A stretch of 64,000 bases of DNA from Protoeuglena noctilucae (Eukaryota). Where the stretch lies: contig OY253687.1 of the NCBI GenBank assembly GCA_958009085.1, positions 434,001 to 498,000 of the forward strand, written 5' to 3'. This document shows positions 16,581 through 30,070 of the stretch, piece by piece (within the stretch, counting starts at the first letter, position 1; every line of letters begins with the position of its first letter). A program made the position numbers and the translations under genes. The notes under the pieces were generated by a model. That model saw nothing but the letters and a program-made list of their open reading frames with translations. It was not told the origin of the DNA and ran no database searches.

Positions 16581-17588
16581 TCAAGGGCCCAAGTGGCCAA
16601 AGGGCAGGTACTTGCCCAGCGCGCTGAGGCTCGAGCCAAAGCCCGGGAGGAGCAGGTTGATGGAGAACTTGAAGGCGACCACCAGGCACGTGACCAGGCC
16701 GATCCCGTAGATGCTGCCCTCGTGGCGGCCGTCCGGGCTCCCCTTCGCGTAGCCCTGCAGTCGCACGAGGGCGGCCGCGCATTGTGCAACCTTCCAGCAA
16801 CAACCGGCGACTCCCCGGCGCCTCGGGAATGTTCGCCACCCCTGAAAAGCTGCGGAACAGGACTGCCAAGCCGAATCTTTACGCTGCATGCAACTCGCCC
16901 GCGCATAAAGCGTGCGCCCGATGAAGTAGAACACCGCAGCCACAGCAGCGACCCGCGGGTGCGCGATGGCCGTGAGGAAGAAGAGCGGCGTGAAGACCGC
17001 AAGGCTCTCCACCGTGTTCTGGTGACCCCGCTGGATGCAGTTGAACTCCTTTTCGTGCTTGTGGCCTGGCGCAACGGGCAGGGGCGCTGTTACATCACAA
17101 GCGCGGGGGGCAAAGAACAAGCGCGAGGGGCAAAGGACAAGCAGCCAGGAGCGACGGCTAGACGACCAATGCTCACCCGTCGGAGCGTAGAGGTTAGGGT
17201 AGGGCACGTTGAGGCGCTTGCGGGCCATCGATACCTGCAGGAGAGGGGCGGAGCAGCCGTGAGTTGACAACTTACTAATCTGCGCGATTTTGAGTTCGCG
17301 GCGTGGCCATATGCGCAAAAGCTGCCTGTCGTCGATTGTTTGATGTCGGATTGGAATCAATTGACGGTCGGAAATGGATTATCTGCGCGGGTTGGCCCTC
17401 TCCCGCCCCCTCCGCCTCCGGAAGAGACTCAGCCACTGCTCAGTCTCGGGCATCACCTGGGTCGTCGCGTACATCCAGCACACCGTCAGGCCCAGCACGT
17501 AAGCCAGCACAGCGGCGCCGTGGTCGCGCGTCAGAACGACGGCCATGGCAGCCGGGGCGGCGACGGCAGATGCGACACGGGTGGCCAT
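16581..17588 (-). CDS. MAPEG family protein (microsomal glutathione S-transferase 3-like)
   Basis: VSMARKRLNVPYPNLYA, FNCIQRGHQNTVES, GRTLYAR/GYAKGSPDGR; start could be 17546. Confidence 0.9.
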
Positions 17589-17866
17589 CCTGAGTGTTGA
17601 TGAGGGCTGCTGAGGGTCGTTTTGCCAACTGTTACTCAATTGTCAAACGACGCGCCTTTCAGACTATGACAGCGAACACCGATGAGGAAAACCCGCAAGA
17701 GAACGCAGTGTCAGCTTTCCACCTGGCCACTTGACGCGTGCCGACGATCCGCAACGCCCCACACCGGCCTGGCCGGCCGTGGAATAAATGCTTTGCGGAT
17801 TAGCTTGTCAGGACGGCAGGAGGCCCCTGATGGCCTAGACTCGGGCCCTCTAGGGCGCTGGCCCGC

Positions 17867-20004
17867 ATGACGGTCGCTCTTTGGGGGTCCTTCCTCCTCT
17901 GGTGCCTTCTCGGCTACCAATTCCAGACAAGGGTGCTGCTGGCTGACCTCCCCGGTGACGCGCGAGCACATACATGCTTTGAGTCTCCCGAATGCACACT
18001 GCGCTGTCACCCCCATGCTCGAGCGCGCCCCGCAGGGTGCGATGGATGGACCAGCGCGCTGTTCTCCGCATTTTTCGCCGTATGCTGCATCGTCCTCGAG
18101 CTGCCCGTGCTGCACCTGCTCGGGCACCTGTCCCACGAGGCGAGCGCGCAGTCGTGGGCCGCGGGCCTGCGCGCCATCCTCGTCATCTGCACGGTCGTCC
18201 TTCCCTTCCTCATCTCGTGGAGAATCTCCTCGGGCGTCGTCACCAAGCCCATCGCCGCGGGCCTCGCCGTGGCCGCCGTGCTCTGCGCAAGGTACCTTTT
18301 CTGGACCATCGCAGCGCATCTCCCCGGTGAGGCCCGCAAACTGTGTTGCATAAATGCCTCCCTTTCTCCCGCGGCGCCCGATGTCTGCAGCCCGCTTAGA
18401 ATTTCTCACCCAGGGCCGGCCCCGGTCGCCCCTCCTCAGGCGTCCCTCCGCCCAGCGTCGATGACCCGCCCCTCAGCATTTCCCAAGGCGTCGCGCGCAT
18501 GGCCGTCATCGGCTTGGCCCTCCTCGCGATGCTCGTGGGCCACGGGACCGTCCTGGCGCCCTACACGCTCATCGGGAGGTTCGCGCGTGCCGTCACGGAC
18601 CACCACGTCGCATCCGCGGACGCCCAGCTCCGGCAGTGCCTGGATCTCCTGGCCCTGAAGAAGAAAAAACTCTTGGGTGAGACAGCACACGATGCGTTGA
18701 AAGGAGGCACGGCCCGGTGGTCAGCCAACACGCCTGTGCAATGTCCACGCCCCGCAGTGCTTCGGTCCAGGCAGAAGTCGCTGGGTGGGTCGGGGCGTCG
18801 AGGGGCCCAGGGGTGGCTGTCCTGGGTGACATCGGCGGTGGGGCTGGGCGGGGAAGCCGGTGCGCTCGGGGTGGAGGTGAAAGTGACAGGGGACGAGGTG
18901 GTGGCTCTGGAGAGGCTCAGCAGGGAGCTGGTGACGCAGGGGGTTGTGTTGCGGTGAGCATGACGCGCACGTACGTAGCACGCAAGCCCTCGACCCTCGT
19001 TGTTCCTTTTCATGGTGCGCGGATGCCGGCCTCACCATAGATGCCCTAGCGCCCCGCCCTGTTGGATATGCCACGCCGCCTCATCCTACCCATCGTGTCT
19101 CTGGTGCTGTCTGGTCGCAGAGAGGAGCGGGCGCGTGCCCGGGAGCGCCACACGCTCGTCGGCCTTTGCAAGAGCGTCCTGGGGTACTCCTTCGCCCTCT
19201 ACTGCGTCTTCCGCCTGTGGACGGCGTTCGACAGCGCGGTGCGCAGGAACCCCACGCGTTCGGACCCCGTGGCTGCCCTGGTGGGCCTCGCGATGTGGGC
19301 GCTGTCGGGTGGCCGTGTCCACGTCAGCAAGGCGGCCCTGAGGCAGGTGGTGACCGTTGTGTTCGTCGTCACGGTCCTCGGCAACTCCCTGGTGAGACGT
19401 GTTGCGTTGGTGGAGCTGCGAGGGGGGCATGTGCTTAGCGACAGCTGATGCCAAACACCTGAACACATCCACGACCCTGCCCTCCGCAGCGGGCTTTCGT
19501 GCAGCAGCTTCTCCGCGCCTTTGCGTTCCTCCCCGGCTCTGTCGACTCGAGCATCGTCAGCCTCGTTTTCTCAGACATCCTCTGTTTCTATTCAGCGGCC
19601 TCCACCCTGCTCATCCTCGAGCGATTGCCGGACCAACACCAGGAGGTGAGGGAGGCCTTTTGGGGGACAGGAGAGCGTCGAACGAACAAGAGAAACTTCG
19701 CAGGCGACAGTGTGGCAGTGGCAGGGCTCGCTTTCGGTTGCTACGAGGTTGGCTTGAGAGATGGCGTAGAAGTCGTTGCACAAGGGGAGGGCGACGTATC
19801 GACGCATGCAGTGACACGGCGAGGCTTTCGCGGCTCCCGCAGGTCATCAAGCGCGTCATCGGGGGTGGCATGGAGTTCGAATTCTTCAACCGTTGGTTCA
19901 ATGGCCTCTTCTTTGCCTGTGCTGTGCTCTCCCTGGTCGGCCTGTACGCGTCCCACCGCAGCAGGCGCGCCGCCGCCAAAGAAGCGCAGGCCTTCCTGCT
20001 ATGA
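17867..20004 (+). CDS. GPR89 / GPCR-type G protein (GTG, Golgi pH regulator), multi-exon
   Basis: Multiple hydrophobic segments, GVARMAVIGLALLAMLVGHGTV, LGYSFALYCVFRL, GMEFEFFNRWFNGLFF. Confidence 0.88.
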
Positions 20005-20182
20005 CGGCGCGACAGAGTGCGTGGGAGCGCGGGCGGCTGCGTGCGTGCATGGGCAACGGGGTGCGCGTCGTGCGTGCCTCCGGGGCACGCGTGGGCTTGG
20101 ACATCTGGTGCGGTCAGGGGGTAAATAGACGTGAAACACACGGATGAGCGACCGATGCGGCTTCGTCGCGCGAGCGGCGGCG

Positions 20183-20786
20183 TCACTTCCGCGCTGCCTC
20201 GAGCGCGGACTCGAGCACCGAGTTTATGCTGTCTCCGACGCGCATCTGTGCCAGCGGAGAAGCACGCGGATTGCTTGTGCAGCATAGCGCACGAAGCAAG
20301 ACCCAACGGATCGGCGGACCCATCAGCGAGGCCCAGGTGGCCCAGCGCAGGGTCACATCGGTCAACAAGGCGTGGCGCGCGAGCGGCGGGCAGCGCGAGT
20401 CACCATCGTGTCCAGGGTCTCCTTGACAAATTCACTCTTCAGTTTGGACGAGTCGACCCTGCGCAGGAGGCGCAGCGGCGGGTCTGGAAAACCACCGGCC
20501 ACAGCTCCCAACACGGCGAGCGATGAGCGGGTCACGTCACGAGCCGAGCGCATCCGCAGTCACTGTCTCTTGCAACCCTAGCTCATGACAACACATCCTT
20601 CGATCCATGGGTGCATCGACCGCGCCACAACGGCAATGGTGGTGCTGCTGTCCCTGGCGACGCGAAAACCTCGCGGCGTTGCGGCTGCGGGGCCCGCGGC
20701 ACTCACTTCAGGACCCCTTTCTTCTTGAGGTGCGCTGCTGCCGTCATGAAGAACAGGCTTGTGAGGGCGACGTGACGGAGGGCCAT
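20183..20786 (-). CDS. 65-aa three-exon small protein (DUF1748-like pattern)
   Basis: Exons 20786-20707, 20458-20404 and 20245-20183 join in phase through GT-AG sites to give MALRHVALTSLFFMTAAAHLKKKGVLKVDSSKLKSEFVKETLDTMMRVGDSINSVLESALEAARK*. Confidence 0.72.
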
Positions 20787-21095
20787 GGCACGCGCTGCAC
20801 GCTCCACTTGGGGGGCCTCCCGTGCAACCAAAGATCTTCCCGAGTTCGCCAGGTCGATGTGGCAGATGCGCACTGCGAAAGCGCTCTATCCGCCACGCCA
20901 TTTTGCCAGTATGAGTCACCGCTGGCGGGTAGGGTTCTCTGTCGGGAGCTCGATTGCCAGGCTCCTTCATTGGCAACAACACAACGCTGATACGCTGGTT
21001 CAGTGACGTCAGCTCTATCGCACGGGCCCGATTGTGGATGGCCGCTGCGGGATGGGGGCCTACCCCCCTCACGGCGCGTGGGCAAGGGCAGGGTG

Positions 21096-24000
21096 ATGAT
21101 TGAGGCTACGGTTGACGTGTTGGTGCACTTCCACAGCTTCTTCAATTGCGGCCTGCTGAATCAAGGGTGAGGCGCGGCAATATGGCAGCCCAAGGAGTCT
21201 GCCATCCCACCCTGTGACGCCTTGCACGCTGAAATACCGCCCCTACCCTGTCAGAACGTGGCATGTGAGATGTGTATCGATTGCGACCGCAGATGGTACG
21301 GGCTTCGCTGCTGGCTGCGGGAGGAGGGATCCGTGACCGGATTGGCCATCAGCGATGTGTTGAGCCCTGCGGATCCAGATGACGAAGCACCTGAGCCATG
21401 GCACGTCGATCGTGTCCGTGGATGTGCGCTCTCCCCGCTTTTCCCCATCAAGGTGAGCGCTGCGGCGAACTCGCGATACGTCGAGACCGATGCACAACGA
21501 CCGATTCCCCATCGCGCCGCGCCGTCCGCCGCCCGCAGTACAAAGAGCATGAGGAATTCATAAACCGCGTCGTGGCTTTCCGCGGGGCTGTGCCCGTGTC
21601 GCTGGACGGCGTGCCTTGCGCCCCGGCGCTGGTGCTGTGTGTGCAGTTGCTGCACCAGCCCCTGGCCCAGGGCTCCTCCATCGACCGCCAGAGCGCCCCA
21701 CTTGCCGAGGACGTCCCGGCCGTGGCCATTCAGGCTGTCAGGCTCGGGGGCGTCGAATGGGCGCTGCAGGCTTACGTGCTGCTGTCGCTCGGCTCAGCCT
21801 TTTCGTGCCAAGTCTCCGCCACCGTCCACACCCTGGTCGTGGGAGTGAGGCCGGCAGATGAAGCGACTGCATCGGACGCGCCGGGTGAGCCAGAGGCTCT
21901 GCAGTGCAGCACAAACGCCAGGCCGAGCCCGTGCTACCGCCTCTCACCGCACTCCTCCCGCCCTCCTCGCAGCGCCGGGACGCCTCGTGGCCCTCAGCGC
22001 CCCGTTCTTCACCCGCGTGCGCAAGGTGCGAGGCGTGCCGGGGCCGGGGATGGTGGGTGAGCGACATGCCCGCGCCCGGGAGGGCGTGGAGTGGGCCGCG
22101 CTGGCTCGCTGCGGGGTCCAAGACGCACCCGGTCAGACGACCCGTGTCCCGGACTCGGAATCGAAGGCTTTCTATGACATTGATGGGGACCGGGAAGCCC
22201 AAGACGGCGACAGTGGGGCCCCGGCTGCTGTCCGGGTGGCGGCCCAGATGTGCGGCACAGGCGCTGCCATGCTCAGCACGCTGCTCCGGAGTCTGGGGCG
22301 GTCGGTGTGGGAGCCCGAGACGCTGTCGTCGATGAGGTGAGTTGCCCGACGAGCACTGAGCGACGAAGTGAGCAGGATGTCTGTGGGGCAGGGCAAATGC
22401 GCGTGGTGCTGCAGTTGCTTAGATGACTGACTGAGCCGATGCCAGCAACAATCACATTTATGCTCCCCGTCCTGCCACGCTCACTCTGTGGGCTCACCCT
22501 GTGAGCTTCCTCGCCCTGCCCCGCAGGTCTCTGTTCCACGACCGTGGCCGCACGCAGAGCGCCCCCGCAGACGCGACGACGCCATTCTCCGGGAAAGGGG
22601 CGCTCATCGCCGCAGCCACGGACGCCGTCATCGCCAGTGCCAGAGACTGGCGAGTCCTGACGTGGGCGCTGACGGAGGCCTCGGCAGAGGTCACCGACGT
22701 CCTGCGCAGGCAGTGCCAGGCGCTACACCCCACAGAGATGTCCCTGTGGGCCCAGACAGTGCAGGGCCTGCACAGTCTGCAGACACGCGCGTCACTGACA
22801 CCCACGCCCGCACCGGTACCGCCTGCACCCACCCTCCCCGCACCCGAGGCTGCCCTGGAGGCGCTGGCGGGCCCAACGCAGCCGCACAGCAACTCTTCAG
22901 GAGGGCGCGGGGCGGGTGGGGGTCACGGCCGTGCGAGCAACAAAGACCCCGCGTGGTGCATGGGGGTGTGTGGGGCATCGACTCACACGTCGCTCGACAT
23001 GGGGTGTGCATCTGGACCCAGGCCCGCAACTCGTGGTCATCCCGCCGGTGCCGGCCCCGCAAGGGGCGTTGCTGCGTCTGGGGGTGCGGGAGGTGGGCAC
23101 ACGGCACCTATGGAGGGTGCCGACGTGATCTGCGACTCGGCAAGCACCAACCCTCTGGGCGCAGTGGACGGTGGCGTGCAAGCGCGCGAGTCGTCATCTG
23201 TACCAAGCGGTGCCGGTCCACGTGACATGCGGGCCCGCGCTCTCTGCCTGGCGCAAGGGGTGGTGGCGATGCGCCACACGCTCCCTGCAGCAGTCAGCGA
23301 CGTCCTCCGTCGGTGCGCCCGCGCCCACGCCGCCCGCGCCGCTGCCGTCGGCCACGCATACGTGCCCCGTTCGCTGTCCTCCTGGGGCCCCGCACCCCAC
23401 GAGAGCAACGTGGGAACCAGGCCCAAGCCCCGTGCTGGCCCGATGTCCCTAGGCACGGTGGGGCTTATGGGCGTGTTCCCCGTCGATTGGCTCGTCGGCG
23501 CAGGCAGGCTGCCGGTCGTGCTATACGAAGAGGTGGACCTGACAGGGCCGGGGGGTGTCGTTAGAGGGAGCGATGCAGCTGGGGTGGCGGTGGGGAAGGG
23601 GACTGCGAGAGTTGACCTGGCGGCGGGGGTGGCAGCGCCGGAAGGTGATGGTGGGGCTGGAGCGAGTGGTGGTGTCGCAAGAGGCGGTGGGGAGGGGGCT
23701 GCGGTGCTGACCGTTGCAGCAGGGGTCGGTGCGGGTGGCGCGGGGCGCCACAATGCAGGGCGGGGCGACTCGTCGCATGCGGGTGTGCCGCAACCAAGTC
23801 CGCAAGCGGGCCATGTGGGTCAACCAAGTCAACCGGGCCAACTAAGCAAGGGACGCAGCTCCTCTGCTTTAGCGGACATGAATGTGCCTGGCAGCCCGCA
23901 CCGTCTCAGTGGCCCGAAAGTCAGCGTGAGTAAGAGCTCTTCTCGTGATCTCCGCAAAGCACCGAGCGAGGTGCACGCGCTGCCCTCTTCTCTGCGGACG

Positions 24001-27000
24001 CCCAGCGCTTTGTTTGGGGTTGAGCCGGGTGCCGAGGCGAGTGGGACGAGCCCGGTGGGTGGGGGCGGTGGCGATGGGGCCAGGGGTGCGGAGATTGTGA
24101 GGGAAGGTGGGGATCGGTGGGGCGAGGGCGGATCGGAGCCGGGGGGCGGGGTTCGTGACGTTGCAGACATCGACGTGCACGTGACTGCCTCGGGGCTGGC
24201 GCCAGAAACAAGCTTGGCCGAGCGAGCGGGAGGGGTGGGAGGCGACGCGCAGGGCGGTGCGAAGAGCACTGGGCTTGGCGAGGGGGCAGTGGTTGGGGCA
24301 CCTGGTGTGGTCCCGGGCAGGGAATCCGCTTACGGACATGCCACTGGAGTGTCGGCCGCGTCCGTGTCACTTTCGTTCCGTGACACTGGCGCTGGGGTCG
24401 ATGACAGTGTCGACGAAGCGCAATCTAAGCCCATGGGAGGCGGGCCATCAGCGAGGGGCGACGGGGGAGGGGCGGCGGGGCTGGGTGCGCAGGGGTTGAC
24501 CGGGACAGCTGCCGGCAGCGTGGTGGAGGGCCAGCGCCGGTCGAGTGATCGGCGTTCCAAGAGCGATCGGCGCCCGTCCAGCTATCGAGACTCCTCGAAT
24601 ATCGACGCTCAGGAGGGTGCCGGGGAGTCGCCGGGTGCACTGGGCAGGGCGTGGCGGGCGCGGGCCCCACCCGGCGAGCGCCATAACAGCCGCCACAGCG
24701 ACTCTGGGTTCCCAGGGTCCACGCTGCCCGGCGCCCCGCCCCGCGCCCTCTTACACGCGGCATCTGAGAGCCTGCGTCCGGCCTTGGAGGGCCCGGGGGC
24801 GGTTGTCAGGCCACGAGCACTCACGGGGGGTCCGATCCCAGTCGACCTGCCCGGGGGTTCCGGCGCCCGCCACCGCCCGCCCCTCGCGTCGTCGGTGGCG
24901 ACCACCCCGGCGCGGGTGTCGGGACCGGCGGGGCGGGCCCCGCGCGCACCCCGGAGCGTCGCGGAGGACATGTCAATGGGGTCACGTACGCCGGCGACGG
25001 GCGGCACCCCCGCGCAGGCGTCGCCTCTGCGCGCGCACGGCAGCGTGGCGGCCGCCGCGCCGCGCAGGGAGACGCGGTTGATGCGGTGGAGCCTGGCGAT
25101 GGGCTCTCGCACCAAGACAGAGGTGCGGAGGGCGCATGACGGCGTGCGCAAGCACCGGAGCTTCCATGGGGACGTCCTGCGGGCGCTGCGAGGAGTAGAG
25201 ACGGATGGGGGACGGGGGGACTCGGAGCGGGCGACGGACGCTGCGGAGAGTGGGCCGATTGGGGACGTGTCGCAGCGACCCTCCGTGGGGCGGACGCTCA
25301 GCCAGCGCCTCTTTGCGCGCGGCACCACGCACCCCGCCAGCCCGGAGCACCGCCGGGGGATGGCGCACCTGCCCAAGTCGGCCACGCTGGTGAGTGGAGG
25401 GGCGTGGGCGTGCGTGCTTCACTCAGCTATAGGATGGCTGAGGTGGCGAGTGGCCACCATCGGCTATGGCAACCAGCTCAGCCACGCTTGGTCTGTCACA
25501 GCCGATCCAGCACCCCACACGCGTGCTCGCAGGGCCCAGAGCCAATCGACCGCCCAGAGTTGACGGACCCAATGGTGTCACCCATGGACCCCGTCACCCG
25601 CGCCGGTGATGACGAGGCGGCTGAGGTGGCAGCGCGCGCCGCGACCCCCGCTGAGGCCCACGAGGGGGCGTCGGACGCGGCGGCGTCCGTGGCGGCACTG
25701 ACGGCGACCCCCGCAGCCGCTTCTGTGAGTATGACCCCGGAGGCCACCCCCGCCAGAAACGCCGCGCGGCGCGGGAGCGGGCCCGGTGACCCGGAGGGGC
25801 AGCACCTCGTGGTGTGCGTGCACGGCTTCCAGGTGAGGGTGTTGGTTGAGCGGACGGAGCAAGCCGTACCACGTCACTGGTACGACTCATAAGCATGGCA
25901 GATTCTGGAATCATGCAGTTTAGTTGAACCAAACATGATTCACGGTTCCTCTTCACCTTTCTTACTTCCCAGGGCTCCCAGCTCGACTTGCGCCTGTTCA
26001 AGGACGAACTGTTGATGGCCGACCCGCACGTCATGGTCCTCATGAGCTCCTCCAATTACGGACGCACCATGGAGCCCATCGAGGAGCAGGGGGCACGGTG
26101 AGGACCGGTGCGGGTGGTGGCAGATGCAGCAGGAGTTGATGGCACGGCTATCAACGCAGCATTGCTCACCATCTGTCCCCTCCCCGGCCCTTATCTGCGA
26201 ACCCAGCCTCTCCTATGACGTAGCCAAAAGTCGTCTTATCTACATTTGTCCCATTGTCCACAGACTGGCGCGGGAGGTGTCCAATTTCATCACCGCCCGC
26301 TTCCAACTCATGACGCGCGGCAGCGCTGGGCACCGAAGGTCAAGCTCAGACGCAGAGTACCCCGTCGGCATAAAGTGAGCGAGGGTGGCGCATCTAGCGA
26401 GGTCACGCGTAGATGTATGGCAGCTCTGTCACGACTACGGGCGTCCCACAAGCGTGCAACACAGAGACGGTACCCTCGGTGCCCTTCTCCACCCTCAGAG
26501 TGCGTGTGACGGAGGACGGCACGCCAGAGCTCGTCGCCCCCCCCGCCCCACCGACCGCCCACGCCCACGCCTTCCTGCGCCCGCGCCTCGCTCGCCTGTC
26601 CTTCGTGGGCCACTCCATGGGCAACCTCGTCATCCGAGCCGCGATCGAGGCCGCCCCACTGGCACCCTACCTCCCTCAGTTCTGGGCTTACGTGTCGGCA
26701 GGCGGGCCGCACCTCGGCTTCCTCCACCACCGCAACGCGCCCCTCAACGCCGGCCTGTTCATGCTCCGGCGCATGTACCCGGCTAGCTCCCTCGCGCAGA
26801 TGTGCCACGCGGACCAGCCCGACCCACGAAACGCCCTTCTGGCGCGACTGGCGGACCCCGCCTGCCGCGGCCTGGGGCGTTTCAAGCACGTGGTGGTTCT
26901 GGCGTCCCCGCAAGACCGGTACGTGCCATACTTCTCCTCGCGGCTGGGGTGGGACCCGGCTGCGCAGGGTGGGACGGGTGGTGCGGTGGACAGCGGCCTG

Positions 27001-27477
27001 GCGGGTGGTGCGGGTCGGGAGGCAGAGGGTTGTGGTGACTCAGGTCTCGGGCGAGGGAAGGGTGACGGGAGTAGGGCGCCGTGGCTGGGGTGCTGCGGGG
27101 TCGGGGTCGCAGAGGGCAACGGACGCTCTGGCGGGGCTGCCATGTCTGAAACACCTTCAAGCGGGGCGGCGGCGGGGGCGGCGGGGGCTGCAAGCAAGGG
27201 TGTGGTGGCGAGTGCTGGCAACGGGGCTGGCCTGAGGCCCAACCCAGGGGACGGTGGTGCCAGCAATGCGGGTCTCTACGGGCAGTTGCTGTCTGGGGTG
27301 CGGGAGCAGGTTGCGGCGGGCAGGTCTCGCATGCTGGTCTGTGACGTGCACTTCGCATCGGCGGGGCCCTCGCTGGACGCCGCCCTGGGTCGCGAGGCGC
27401 ACCTGGCGTTTCTGGAGACGCAAGAGTATGTGCACATGCTGCTCTGGGGCGTCCTCCGGCCCAGAGGCATATTCTGA
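21096..27477 (+). CDS. FAM135 family protein with C-terminal DUF676 serine esterase-like domain, multi-exon
   Basis: N-terminal VDVLVHFHSFFNCGLLNQG/WYGLR; C-terminal HLVVCVHGFQ/GSQLDLRLF, LSFVGHSMGNLVIRAA, SPQDRYVPY, LGREAHLAFLE; start approximate. Confidence 0.85.
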
Positions 27478-27638
27478 GACGTGTCTATCCGAGCATACAC
27501 TCATTTGCTGAGGTGTTGTAGTAGCGTAGCGTTGTATTAGCCCACATCCTGCTAGGCGCGTGGCCCAGAGGCCCAGCAGCCCAGTCGAGCAAACAGACCC
27601 ACTTGCACTTTTCAACCGAGCGGACCAGCGCCGACGTT

Positions 27639-30070
27639 TCAAACGGCGGCGGTGCGCGTCACCGGCCCCGTCATGGCCTGCGCCCCCGCGGCGCGCATCG
27701 TGAACCGGACGGCCTCCGGGTTGAACTCCGGCGTCTCGATGAAGGCCAAAAACAGATTGGCCAGCCGCTTGCGCAGCCCGTCGAGCGTCTTGGCGGACCG
27801 CCCACGGTTGAGGAGGTCGGCCTCTCTGTCGATCAGCTGCACGATCTCCCTCGTCAAACTGCAGTCGAACTCCTTGACCGTGTACTTGACGTGCAGCAGC
27901 ACGTCCAGGCGCTCGGGCGTCGTGGGCTTGGGCAGCGTGAGGCCCTGGTACAGGTGCATGAGCTCGCGCGCGCGGATTGTGAAGGGCGTGTGCACCTCCA
28001 CGACGTCCCCGTTCGTCAGATTCCAGGTCTTGGGAGCAGACATGTCGCGCAGCTGCGCGTCCACGCGGCGTTCCCGCTGCACGTCCTGCGCCACCAGCTG
28101 CAGTCGATCGATCGTCTGGAGCAGCTTTGTCTCCTTGTACAGCAACTCCTCCAGCTGCGGAGAAGAAGGGCAGGAGACACGTTCTGCACACGTTCTGTGA
28201 ATCTCCATTCTCTACCTGCCTCCTCGCCCACCCGGCAACCCAGTCAAAGAACACACCTACCGGCTGCGCCCACCCGCCTGCACGCCCTGTCACCTGCCCG
28301 TGCCGCGTCCGGTCGTCCTTGATCGTCTCGGAAAGGTTGATCGTCTGCGCCTGCCGCCACGTCTCGAGCTCGTCCCGCAGCAGCTCGAAGTCCGACGCCG
28401 TCCGCGGCTGCACCCTGCGCTGGATCTCCCGCTGCCGCTGCCGCTCCTCCTCCGCCGCCCGCCGCTCCGCCTCCCTCCGCCGCCGCCGCATCTCCCGGTC
28501 CCGGTTTTCCCGCGCCACGGTCGCCTCTTTCCTCGCCACGTACGCCCGCCAGTGCGTCTGGATTACCAGGGTCTTCTCCGCCTTCAATGCCCACAGCTCC
28601 TCGGCCGTCTGGTACGGGCCACGCTCGTAGGGGATGATGACGCGGTCGCCCTCCTCGTTCAGGTCCAAGTTGGGCCTGCAGCAAGCACGCGGACAGGTGC
28701 TGGGTAAGTGTTTGCAGCCACCCTGTGTCGCTGCTCGCCCCCCATGGGCCCTGCCAAGGTCAGCCATGCGAGGCCCGGTCACATAGATGGGCTCCCCAGC
28801 TACGCTCGCAACAACCGACGCTTGCATGCTACATCCTCCTCTCCCCCTCATCCGCTCGCCTGTCGCACTGTGTGCTGCATTCTCGGTACGTCTGACTGCG
28901 CAGCGTGCGCGTGAAGACCGTCTGGGAGGCACGGGTCAGCTTCCTGTCCTCCTCCGTGAACTTGGGCTCGCGCTTCGTCTGCGCCGTCGCATTGTGGTAC
29001 TCCAGCCCCGACTTCTGCGGCAAGGGAGCGGATGACAGCACGTGACACACCCGCTCACCGTGCCTTCCCTCGTCTTCACCAAGCAGAGTGCTGCACGAGG
29101 AAGGCTTCGCCGAGCTGCACGTGTCTTGTCATGTAATGAAATGCGTTCGTTTACCTTGTTGCGCCAGCCACCCAGGAACTTCTTCCTCTCTTGCATGGAC
29201 CAGTCGACGAGGACCTGGACCACGCGTCCGTGCCCTACGACAGCGCCGGTCGCGGGGTCGACCCCCGGCGGGATCTCCACCTCAAGCATTTGCCTGTACT
29301 CGTCCTCCACCTCGGTCTCCACCTCGGTGCCCGGGGGAAGGCCCCGGGGGTATACCACGAGCTCCAGGGCATCCCCCGGCGACACCCCGTAGAGCTTGAA
29401 GGGCTTGTCGACCTCGACGGCCTCCGCGCGCAGCCGCACCACGACGCCCGAGGGGTCCATGCCCTGGTCCTCCACGAACTGCAGCACGGCGTCCCACACC
29501 ACCGCGTCCGCCGGGACAATGTACATGCCGCTCGCCCGGGACTCCCCGTCCACGCACATGACCGTGATGTTGTCACGCGCGCCGCTCTTCATCGTCGCCA
29601 GCTCGTCGTCCTCGTACGCACCGCCCTCCACACCCTCCGCACCCTCCCCGTCGCCCCCAGCCGCACCATCCACCTCCTCGCCCTCACCGCCAGGCGCAGC
29701 CTCAGCTTCATCACTGACGCCTCGTGGACCCCTCTCGTCCTCTCCGCCACCACCATCTCCCTCAGCCTGCCCCTCATCCGTTGCGTTATGCTCCCCTGCC
29801 CCCTCGTCACCAGCCGCGTCGTCCTCCGCGGCTCTGTCGGGGCCCGGTTCCTCTACAGCTGCGGTGCCCTCCTCACCGTCCGGCCGAGGACCCGCTGGAG
29901 CTGCGGGTGCAAATCCAACGACACTTTCAGTCGAAACAGATGTGCACGTCCAGAGCACACGCATGCCGCTACAGTGCCAGCCCCTCACTCTCTCGCACAC
30001 TCTCGCGCCCGTCAACGTCCGCGTCACCCTCGTGGATAGTTGACAGAGCAGCGTCTAGTTCGCCCGACAT
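27639..30070 (-). CDS. IQUB: IQ and ubiquitin-like domain-containing ciliary protein (IQUB/FAP253)
   Basis: Ubiquitin-like segment, KKFLGGWRNK/KSGLEYHNATAQT, IQTHWRAYVAR IQ motif, ERLDVLLHVKYTVKEFDC, FIETPEFNPEA. Confidence 0.9.
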
